A stretch of DNA of 62,457 nucleotides from Patescibacteria group bacterium (GTDB lineage Bacteria; Patescibacteriota; Patescibacteriia; Magasanikbacterales; GWA2-37-8). A program made the translations under genes and the position numbers. The notes below the pieces were generated by a model. The model saw nothing but the letters and a program-made list of their open reading frames with translations, had not been told where the DNA came from and ran no database searches. The stretch's first letter is position 1. Each line of letters starts with the position of its first letter. Positions 1-7,525 of the stretch are shown here, piece after piece. Location: the NCBI GenBank assembly GCA_041651015.1, contig JBAZKA010000006.1:1-62457 (forward strand). Reading direction: 5' to 3'.

Positions 1-1
1 G

Positions 2-1131
2 TGAACAAGATGAGATACATCGTGGACACATTTAATCCGCCAGACGGACGCCGTTAGGCGTCCAAATGGTAGAATATATGCGTTACCCATGTATCTCATC
101 CAGTTATGGTTTACGAACAATACCGCCGTGCCAAGAAGGACGGCCGGTCCATGTCCAAATACGATCGTTGGCGAGAAATCTCTAAGGCGATAAAACTGAG
201 CAAAGAAGCGCTGTGCCGGTTAGAATGGGTTATCTTTTACGAAACCAAGGCCGAGAAGGATGCGGCTATGGTTTGCCGGCACTTTGGTGTCGGTAAAAGC
301 ACTTTTTACAAATGGTTTAATCTCTTTAAAGAATACAATTTACGCTCGCTTGAAACCAAAAGCCGACGGCCGAAGGCCGTTCGCTCCAGAGCGGCTACGC
401 CGCTCAAAGATGAGCGGGTAATCCGTATCCGCAAGCAATACCCTTACTTTGGTAAAAAGAAGATTGCTGTTCTGTACCAAAGACAATATGGCGAGCCGGT
501 CACCGAGTGGTATGTCCAAAGAGTAATAGAACAATTCCATTTATATGCGAAAAAGAAGAAAAAACAGTATATACGGCCTAAAACAGGCGTGGTTAAAAAG
601 AGGATAACCGAATGCGAAAAACAACCGATTACCGGGTTTCTCATCCACATAGATACGGTTGTGCTGCATTTGGGCGGTGTTAAACGGTATGTCGTTACGG
701 GGCTGGACGAGCACTCCAAGATAGCCTACGCCCGTATGTATACCAACCACGGTTCCGGAGCCGCCAAAGACTTTTTTCAAAGGTTGTACTATCTGATGGA
801 AGAAAAAATTAAACACGTCCATACGGATAACGGATCCGAATTCCACAAACACTTCGACAATGCCCTCGGGGCATTGTCGTTAACCCATTGGTGGAGCCGG
901 TCTCATACGCCCAAAGACAATCCGTCCAATGAAAGGTTTAATCGTACTTTCAGAGATGAATTTCTGAGTTGGGGGAATTTCCACCCCGACGTAGATGTGT
1001 TTAACAAAAAACTAACCGATTGGTTAGTTGAATACAACGCCGTTAGACCGCACGGATCTCTCAATTATCTAACCCCCTTGCAATTTGCGGAAAAAACTAT
1101 GCACTTGTCCACGATGTGGTCATCTTGTACA
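2..1131 (+). mobile_element. IS481-like insertion sequence bounded by imperfect terminal inverted repeats
   Basis: IRL at 2-28 is TGAACAAGATGAGATACATCGTGGACA. The reverse complement of 1106-1131 is TGTACAAGATGACCACATCGTGGACA (one indel, few mismatches). A single DDE transposase ORF lies inside. Confidence 0.7.
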
Positions 1132-1140
1132 TGTTGTTGA
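106..1140 (+). CDS. DDE (rve/integrase-core) transposase, IS481-family-like
   Basis: N-terminal HTH region (GKSTFYKWF). Catalytic-core motifs HIDTV, HTDNGSEF and NERFNRTFRDEF, then the tail RPHGSLNYLTP. The ORF ends 9 nt past the right inverted repeat. Confidence 0.85.
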   Translation: MVYEQYRRAKKDGRSMSKYDRWREISKAIKLSKEALCRLEWVIFYETKAEKDAAMVCRHFGVGKSTFYKWFNLFKEYNLRSLETKSRRPKAVRSRAATPLKDERVIRIRKQYPYFGKKKIAVLYQRQYGEPVTEWYVQRVIEQFHLYAKKKKKQYIRPKTGVVKKRITECEKQPITGFLIHIDTVVLHLGGVKRYVVTGLDEHSKIAYARMYTNHGSGAAKDFFQRLYYLMEEKIKHVHTDNGSEFHKHFDNALGALSLTHWWSRSHTPKDNPSNERFNRTFRDEFLSWGNFHPDVDVFNKKLTDWLVEYNAVRPHGSLNYLTPLQFAEKTMHLSTMWSSCTCC

Positions 1141-1200
1141 CAATATGCATATATTGTGTTATTAATATATGTTCTTTAACAATTCACAGAGGAGGATGAA

Positions 1201-1902
1201 ATGGATCCGGGAATCAAAAAACGTTTGTTGTCCCTGCAGTACCGTTTAGGAGTCGAGTTTAATAATTTGAACTTGTTGCTTCAAGCGATGACACACAGAT
1301 CGTATTTGAATGAACATCGTAGTCATCCCGTAGCGCACAATGAGATTCTTGAGTTTCTTGGCGACGCGGTCATAGAGCTGGTTGTTACCGAATTCTTAAG
1401 TAGAAAATATCTCAACAAGGCGGACGAGGGTACTTTAACGAAGTGGCGCTCATGTTTGGTGAGCGGAGAAACTTGTTGTAAGGTCGCTGAGAAACTCGAA
1501 TTAGCCGACTGCCTCTTGGTCGGGTATGGTAAATTGGGAGAAACAGCTCGCCAGCGCATGTTAGCTGACTCGTTTGAAGCAGTCATCGGAGCGCTATATT
1601 TGGATCAAGGTCTTGGCGCCGTCCGTCTTGTCATGGATGCGCATCTACTCGTGTATTTTTCCAGTTCGACGATTGAAGGGACTGTTAATTTTCTGGTAAA
1701 GTCACGATTGCTGGAATTGGTGCAGAGGATTTATAAGATAGCCCCCAAATATGAGTTGCTCGTTGGACCTTCTGACGATAGGCATGCGGGTTATTTTCAA
1801 TTTGGGGTATTTGTCGGAGGTAAATTGATCGGCAAGGGGTGTGGAAAAACAAAACGACAAGCCAAAGAAGCCGCTGCAAAAAACGCTTTGGAAAATTTGT
1901 AA
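1201..1902 (+). CDS. rnc: ribonuclease III
   Basis: HRSY...NEILEFLGDAV RNase III signature and a C-terminal dsRBD (KRQAKEAAAKNALENL). GGAGG lies 6 nt upstream of the ATG. Confidence 0.9.
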   Translation: MDPGIKKRLLSLQYRLGVEFNNLNLLLQAMTHRSYLNEHRSHPVAHNEILEFLGDAVIELVVTEFLSRKYLNKADEGTLTKWRSCLVSGETCCKVAEKLELADCLLVGYGKLGETARQRMLADSFEAVIGALYLDQGLGAVRLVMDAHLLVYFSSSTIEGTVNFLVKSRLLELVQRIYKIAPKYELLVGPSDDRHAGYFQFGVFVGGKLIGKGCGKTKRQAKEAAAKNALENL

Positions 1903-1965
1903 CAACAAACAGAGCGATATATTGTTAAAGTGATAGTCATCACTTCACAATGAACCGCTCAGAAA

Positions 1966-3351
1966 ATGGAGCGACCGATGAGGCCGTCTGAACAAGCAAG
2001 AATGGATTTACCGGAATATCATGTTTCGCGTCATCTTCTGGAAAGAGTTGCGGGGACAAACACGATTGACGCGTCTAAAGATGAAGTGCATCTGTACATG
2101 GCGCCATTTATGAAGTATCCGATACCTCGCGGTGCTGATTTCACTCAATTGCACTCGCGATGGAAAGAACACGGTGATCGTTCTGCGTACGAAGCCATTG
2201 TGTATGGCAATGCTCGACTCGTACTCGCGACCGCTTATCGCTTGCTTGGTCGCGGCGTTGAGTTGCTTGATTTGTTGCAAGAAGGATTCATCGGCATGTT
2301 CGTGGCTCTTGAAAAGTATGACATCTCTTTAGGCTACGTCTTTAGCACTTATGCCTCGTGGTGGATAAGGCAGGCGATGACGCGAGCAATCATGAACAAT
2401 AATTTGCAGCGTCCCTACAGAATTCCTGTTCATATGATTGAAAAAATATGGAGGGTGGGACGTGTTATTGCGTCGTGCGTACAGCAATTCGGTCAATGGC
2501 CTGAGAGTAACACGATACTGAAGTTGATACGGCAACAGGATGGGCCGGGCTCGACGATGTCGTTGCACGAAATTCACCTATGTGTCGTGTACATCGCCGA
2601 GGGGTATATTTCCATTGATGATATCGCTAAAGAAGATGATGGACGTGTCGAGTCGGTGCTGGCAAAAAACGGTTTGTACGATCTCGGTAAAAAAGTGGAT
2701 ACGGACGTTGAAACTCGTCGGATCCTTCTCGAGTATCGCGCGGCCAAGCATAGGATTGTCGCCGAAATAAATAGCTCAACTCTCGACGCGCGGCAAAGCG
2801 TGATCATAAAGTTGCGGCTCGGTTTAGGTGATTTTGATCCGTTAACCCTCGAAGAAATCGGGTTGCGTTACGAGTTGACGCGCGAGAGAGTGCGACAGGT
2901 TGAGAAGCAGGCATTCGCGAAACTCGAACAAAAATTACATCTCAACCGTGATCAGATTGAGAGAATCGTTGCGGCAGTCGATGAATTGGCGACGTTAGCC
3001 GACGATGGCATCGAAGATGAAGATCCGCCGTCACCGGTTGCGCGTAACATCCGCCCCCAACGCATGTTTGAAATATTGTGCGAACACATTCAACTACTAC
3101 CGAATGGGCGCAAAGTTATTAAGTTTCCAGTACGGGTGTTGACTGCGAGATGTTCATTGTTGCCAAACGAAGCAAGGTCTTTGGTAGCAAAAATGTGTGG
3201 GGAGAATATGTTGCGCGGCGACTATCCGTGGTCTATTGTTGAGGTGATTCCTGATGTGAAAATACCAGATTATCACGGATACTCAGCCAGGCCGGAAAGT
3301 GCGGCCGTGTACGCCGCTAATCAGCGAACATCTAGAAAGGAGTGTTCATGA
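1966..3351 (+). CDS. sigma-70 family RNA polymerase sigma factor with a long C-terminal extension
   Basis: Region 2 (LLQEGFIGMFVALEKYD...YASWWIRQAMTRAI) and region 4 (LTLEEIGLRYELTRERVRQVEKQAFAKL). About 130 further residues follow region 4. Confidence 0.85.
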   Translation: MERPMRPSEQARMDLPEYHVSRHLLERVAGTNTIDASKDEVHLYMAPFMKYPIPRGADFTQLHSRWKEHGDRSAYEAIVYGNARLVLATAYRLLGRGVELLDLLQEGFIGMFVALEKYDISLGYVFSTYASWWIRQAMTRAIMNNNLQRPYRIPVHMIEKIWRVGRVIASCVQQFGQWPESNTILKLIRQQDGPGSTMSLHEIHLCVVYIAEGYISIDDIAKEDDGRVESVLAKNGLYDLGKKVDTDVETRRILLEYRAAKHRIVAEINSSTLDARQSVIIKLRLGLGDFDPLTLEEIGLRYELTRERVRQVEKQAFAKLEQKLHLNRDQIERIVAAVDELATLADDGIEDEDPPSPVARNIRPQRMFEILCEHIQLLPNGRKVIKFPVRVLTARCSLLPNEARSLVAKMCGENMLRGDYPWSIVEVIPDVKIPDYHGYSARPESAAVYAANQRTSRKECS

Positions 3352-3734
3352 TGAGTGGCAAATCAGTAGAGGACATGTTAGAAGGCAGAGTTTGCGAGTT
3401 ACGCGAGATTTCTGGTAGGACAGCAAGCAGCACGGGCAGTGATGGCGGTAGCAAGTTAGCAGATGAATATCGATGTGGCGACGTCTCCAATACAGGGCAA
3501 CGACCAAGGAGACACTCCACGATAGAGATGCCTCCGTCGATAGATGTTGTCTTTGATGATCCGATCTGCAAATTATGTGATCAAACAAAGACGTTTTTGT
3601 TTGATGTGTTTACTGGGATAGAGCGTTTGAAGCAGACGAGAATCGGTGTTTTGAGCGGCTTGGACATCATCGACGAATTGTTCAAGCGCAATGCAGGCTT
3701 TAGTCTCGCCAAGATGTTTGCAAAGCAAAAATAG
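3348..3734 (+). CDS. hypothetical protein, translationally coupled to the sigma factor gene
   Basis: ATGA start/stop overlap with the sigma gene. AAGGAG lies 5 nt upstream of the ATG at 3348. No recognisable domain. Confidence 0.5.
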   Translation: MMSGKSVEDMLEGRVCELREISGRTASSTGSDGGSKLADEYRCGDVSNTGQRPRRHSTIEMPPSIDVVFDDPICKLCDQTKTFLFDVFTGIERLKQTRIGVLSGLDIIDELFKRNAGFSLAKMFAKQK

Positions 3735-3773
3735 TCACAGGTTTAGTTAAGCCCTATGACTTCGCATGTATTA

Positions 3774-3802
3774 CCCCCGACCTCGGTCGGGGGCTATTTT
3801 TT
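3774..3802 (+). terminator. rho-independent terminator
   Basis: CCCCCGACC-TCGG-TCGGGGG hairpin followed by a T-run. Confidence 0.6.
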
Positions 3803-3970
3803 ATGGCAGCAAGATTATTGGTGGGACTTGAGCTGTTGAGTACGCGAAATTGCTCACGGCCTGCTTGATTTGCCGGCCGAGCAGATTATCCGCGAGGCGC
3901 TTAAGAGGTTGGGGAGATAATCTAAAATAAGCGAAAAGACGCCAGAACAGCGTCTTTTTTGTACTTACTA

Positions 3971-3999
3971 TTGACAAAATCTTAAAAATGTGCTATTCT
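3971..3999 (+). promoter_or_regulatory. sigma-70-type promoter (TTGACA-17-TATTCT with TGTGC extended -10)
   Basis: TTGACAAAATCTTAAAAATGTGCTATTCT. The same 30-nt pattern occurs at 11658, 33495 and 37116. Confidence 0.55.
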
Positions 4000-4005
4000 T
4001 ATTTC

Positions 4006-4316
4006 TACGAACTAATTCCCAGTGCCGTCTAGCGGGCAATGGGCAAGCTAACCCGATGGGTTTGTTTGACGAGACAGCTAGGGCTCTGCCGATGACGATT
4101 CCCGGTCAGGCAGGGGTGAAACAGGGATGAGTCCGGCGATTCGTATGTCCCGCGAGCCGGACAATAGATTGGGACAAGTTGTTCGTTCTGGGGTTGCCAG
4201 GCGCGGGAGATGGCATTTCGCCTCTCCGAGAAATCGCGACCACCCTCAAAGTCGTGACGAACGCGTCAGACGGCCCAACTCCTTTTCCACTTCGGTGGTT
4301 AAGGAGTTTTATTTTT
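4006..4316 (+). ncRNA. structured non-coding RNA candidate, class unresolved
   Basis: Lies between the promoter at 3971 and a plus-strand-only terminator at 4277-4316 (AACTCCTT...AAGGAGTT plus T-runs, inner UUCG hairpin). Long-range pairing GCCGUCU (about 4024) with AGACGGC (about 4268). Several GC-rich hairpins. There is no plus-strand gene downstream. Confidence 0.45.
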
Positions 4317-5910
4317 ATTTTAATTTTTCCCTTAATAGTTTCTCCGCCACAATCGGGTCGGCCGATCCTTCGGAGGAGCGCATCACCATGCCGAGTAAAA
4401 ATTTGATGAGCGGTTCTTTGCCGGCTTTGAATTGTGTAACTTGATCCGGATAACTTTTTATTACCTCGTCCACTATCGCGCCAAGTTTGCCCTCGTCGCT
4501 CACTTGGCCATAGCCTTTAGCTTCCATAATATGCGTCGGGTCCATATCCACGCCCGAGTCCAGCATCTCGCCCAATATTTTTTGCGCGTTGGTGGAATTA
4601 ACGCGATTCGTGTAAATGAGAGCGATGAGCTCGGCAAAATTTTCCGGTTTGATTTTCAAAATTTTAATATCAATTTTTCTTTCGGCCATCGCGCCCATAA
4701 GTTTGGATGTAATCCAACCGCCGGCGAGTTTGGCCAACTCTTTTTGTTTTGCCGAAGTTAAATTTTCCGTCATTGATTTTGATTCAGGCAAATTTTCCAG
4801 CCATTCCATTAATTCACCCATTGTTTTTTCGGCAAAGTCGCTCCAATTTTCATCAGAGGTGAGCAAGAACGCGTCCGCGTAAGAAAAACCGTATTCCTCG
4901 TGAAAGCGCGTCCGCCTCGCGGCCGGCAATTCGGGTAAATTAATTTTTCCGGAGATTTTTTCCGGTTCAAACGGCGGGATGTCCGGCTCGGGAAAGTAGC
5001 GATAATCAGCCGAAGTTTCTTTCTCGCGTTGCATATATGTGGCGCCCTTGGCGTCATCCCAACCGCGGGTTTGCTGTCCAGTACCAGAACTCCCCGCTGA
5101 TGCGGGTCGTTCGGTACCGGACTTCGCTTCGCTCGTTTCCGTTATCAGTTTTGTTTGGCGTTGTATTTCGTAATCAATCGCTCTTTCAACGGCCCTAAAA
5201 GAATTAATATTTTTTACCTCAATTTTGGGATATAATTTATAATCGCCGATGGGTTTGACCGTGTGGTCCGCAAATTCAAATTTGCCCTCCTCTTGCACTG
5301 AGATATTTACTTCACAGCGCATATGACCTTTTTCCATATCCGCGTCCGAAACGCCGAGGTAGCGCAAAATCATTTGTAATTCTTGGCAATAGGCTTTGGC
5401 CTCGGCCGAACTTTGAATATCCGGGTCTGAGACGATTTCCACCAAGGGTACGCCGGCGCGGTTAAAATCAACCAATGTATTATTTTTATCATCGTGCAAA
5501 AGTTTGGCAGTGTCTTCTTCCAAATGCACGCGAGTAATGCAAATACGCGGAGCCGCGCGCAAATTTTCCGTCGTGCGCATGTCCAAATTTAAAGAACCGT
5601 TTTCTCCAATTGGTTCATCGTATTGTGATATTTGGTAGCCCTTGGGCAAATCCGGATAAAAATAATGTTTGCGGTCAAATTTGCTCCACTGGCGGATGGT
5701 GCAGCCGAGCGCCTTGGCGATTTTTACCGTATCCACGATGGCCTGCTTGTTTGGCACAGGCAAAGTGCCCGGATGCGCCAGACAGATTTCGCAGATATTG
5801 GTGTTTGGTGCATCGCGGTCCGGATTGTTTGGACAAGCGCAGAACATCTTGCTTTTGGTTTTCAGCTCAACATGGATTTCCATGCCGATGATGGGAATGA
5901 ATTTTGGCAT
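4315..5910 (-). CDS. gatB: Asp/Glu-tRNA(Asn/Gln) amidotransferase subunit B
   Basis: N-terminus PIIGMEIHVELKTKSKMFC and GatB-wide similarity, including the C-terminal GatB/YqeY domain. Start moved to the internal Met (MPKFIP). Confidence 0.9.
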   Translation of the reverse strand: MPKFIPIIGMEIHVELKTKSKMFCACPNNPDRDAPNTNICEICLAHPGTLPVPNKQAIVDTVKIAKALGCTIRQWSKFDRKHYFYPDLPKGYQISQYDEPIGENGSLNLDMRTTENLRAAPRICITRVHLEEDTAKLLHDDKNNTLVDFNRAGVPLVEIVSDPDIQSSAEAKAYCQELQMILRYLGVSDADMEKGHMRCEVNISVQEEGKFEFADHTVKPIGDYKLYPKIEVKNINSFRAVERAIDYEIQRQTKLITETSEAKSGTERPASAGSSGTGQQTRGWDDAKGATYMQREKETSADYRYFPEPDIPPFEPEKISGKINLPELPAARRTRFHEEYGFSYADAFLLTSDENWSDFAEKTMGELMEWLENLPESKSMTENLTSAKQKELAKLAGGWITSKLMGAMAERKIDIKILKIKPENFAELIALIYTNRVNSTNAQKILGEMLDSGVDMDPTHIMEAKGYGQVSDEGKLGAIVDEVIKSYPDQVTQFKAGKEPLIKFLLGMVMRSSEGSADPIVAEKLLREKLK

Positions 5911-5963
5911 ATTTTGTATATTTATTAATCTAATCTTAACAAACAAGCGTTGTTTTGGCAAAT

Positions 5964-5995
5964 AAAAAAGCCGTCAGATGCGGGACGGCTTTTTG
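5964..5995 (-). terminator. rho-independent terminator (hairpin flanked by A/T runs)
   Basis: AAAAAAGCCGTC-AGATGCGG-GACGGCTTTTT, downstream of the 6003-6815 gene. Confidence 0.55.
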
Positions 5996-6002
5996 TATGT
6001 AT

Positions 6003-6815
6003 TTATTTTTTATCAGCTTCAATCACTGGATTGACCTGAACAGGATTTTCTTTGGCGCTGAAGTAAAGCAAGATGGAGGTGAGAGCGGTGAGCGGGGAGA
6101 GTAGGGAGCTTAAGATTCCGTAAAAGAAACCGCCTGTTATTTGATAGGCAATGTAATTTGAGTCTTCTGATGTATAGATAATATTTGGTTCAATTTGAAA
6201 GATTGAACCAAGTGTGTAGTTCAACAAATTATATATTATTACAAATAATACGCCGTAAAATATTCCGGGCGCGAGCATCCGCCAGAGAATTTTCCACCAG
6301 CGTCCGCTGACCATTTTTTTACTTTCTGTCAACGCTGCTACGCCGCGTTTTTCATCAAAGATAACAGCGAGATAAGAAAAGCAAAACCAAATGCTGAAAA
6401 TTATACCCGGGATGATAAGCAACAAGGTGCCGCCAAGCACGGCGAGACAAACCAAAACCGCGGTATAAATGGCCGGCCAGATTAGGTGCGATGTGTCGGA
6501 GAATGCTTCTTTCAGAGCGGCCAACGGTTTTTCGTGGACAATTAGACCGAGGTTTTTGGCGAGCGCCATTGAAGCCCAAAGCGTGAATACCAAACTGCCG
6601 ACAAAAACCGCGAGAACAACCAAGTTGTTGATCAGCATGTATACGCCGGTAGCGGCGTATTGGTCCATGTACAGAGAGAATATTCCGACCAGCCCCAACA
6701 CAAAATTCGGGATGAACAAAAGACACATCATCGGGACGAGTTTTTTAAAATTTTTCGCGTAATAACCCCAGCTTTTGTTAATGATTTCCCCTGCGTTAAT
6801 AAGCATATTATCCAA
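6003..6815 (-). CDS. polytopic integral membrane protein, function unknown
   Basis: Multiple long hydrophobic segments. No catalytic motif recognised. Confidence 0.6.
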   Translation of the reverse strand: MDNMLINAGEIINKSWGYYAKNFKKLVPMMCLLFIPNFVLGLVGIFSLYMDQYAATGVYMLINNLVVLAVFVGSLVFTLWASMALAKNLGLIVHEKPLAALKEAFSDTSHLIWPAIYTAVLVCLAVLGGTLLLIIPGIIFSIWFCFSYLAVIFDEKRGVAALTESKKMVSGRWWKILWRMLAPGIFYGVLFVIIYNLLNYTLGSIFQIEPNIIYTSEDSNYIAYQITGGFFYGILSSLLSPLTALTSILLYFSAKENPVQVNPVIEADKK

Positions 6816-6816
6816 G

Positions 6817-7521
6817 TTATTTTGTTAAAATTCTCCGTAAAAGGATTACGGCTTGCTCTTTCATTGTATCAATATTTACGTTTGTAGGCAAATCCATAAT
6901 CCGAGTGCCGCGTTCAATGAAAAGATTTCGGAATTTTTCATCGCGGTATTGCCCTTCCAAACGTTTTAGAAAATCCAATTTTTCAAAAATAGCCTCGTCT
7001 TTTTTGCCGGTGCGCCCGCTCAAGCGTTCAATCGCTTCTTCGGCCGAAAGTTCGGCCAAGATTAAATAGTCCGGACGATTTTTTAAAGCGAGATTATTTC
7101 CGGGTAATTCTGCCAAGACATCAAAAGTCAGTTCTTCATGCTGGGTTGATTGATAAGCAAGCGATGACGAAACCCCGCGGTCTTGAATGACGCATTTGCC
7201 TTGTTGGAGCAGAGGAATAATTATTTTGTGGTACAAGACTAAGCGGTCCAGAGAAAACGCGTGGGCGACGGCCTGTGGCGGGTAATCGGTGTACTTCACC
7301 AATTCATCACGAATGACTTTGCCAACGCCGGTGTAAGTCGGCTCGCAAGAAAAGATAAAATCATAAGCGCGCATTTCCGAAAGTTCGGGGTAACGGCCGG
7401 TTTCCTGCCAATAATTTTTTAAATCAAAAATTCCATTGCCTTGCGCCGAGATTTCTTTTTTCCAAGCATCAAGAATCGTGCTTTTGCCCGATCCGTCAAT
7501 GCCGTCAAGCATGATGAACAT
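6817..7521 (-). CDS. tmk: thymidylate (dTMP) kinase-like P-loop kinase
   Basis: N-terminal FIMLDGIDGSGKST P-loop typical of dTMP kinases. Sits in a pyrimidine deoxynucleotide operon. Confidence 0.65.
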   Translation of the reverse strand: MFIMLDGIDGSGKSTILDAWKKEISAQGNGIFDLKNYWQETGRYPELSEMRAYDFIFSCEPTYTGVGKVIRDELVKYTDYPPQAVAHAFSLDRLVLYHKIIIPLLQQGKCVIQDRGVSSSLAYQSTQHEELTFDVLAELPGNNLALKNRPDYLILAELSAEEAIERLSGRTGKKDEAIFEKLDFLKRLEGQYRDEKFRNLFIERGTRIMDLPTNVNIDTMKEQAVILLRRILTK

Positions 7522-7525
7522 ATGT

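Noticed and set aside
3802-3925. Small ORF or ribbon-helix-helix-like fragment (...EIAHGLLDLPAEQIIREALKRLGR*) before the terminator at 3936-3961
   Set aside because: The frame is closed by a TGA immediately upstream and has no start codon. At best it is a gene remnant, so it is not reported as a feature.
4006-4316. RNase P RNA, SRP RNA or tmRNA identity for the structured RNA candidate
   Set aside because: - The universal RNase P core strings (GGAAAGUCC-type CR-I and ACAGAAnCCGGCUUA-type CR-V/P4 partner) are absent on both strands.
- The only AGUCCGG forms a local hairpin with GCCGGAC.
- There is no SRP domain IV (GGUCC-GGAA-GGAAGCAG).
- There is no tmRNA tRNA-like 3' end or ...LAA tag frame.

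The partial similarities are reported in the finding, but no class is assigned.
4127-4444. ORFs 4127-4444 and 4179-4406 (plus strand)
   Set aside because: They have no SD and are Arg/Pro/Ser-rich junk translations. They lie in the promoter- and terminator-bounded structured RNA region and run into the convergent gatB 3' end.
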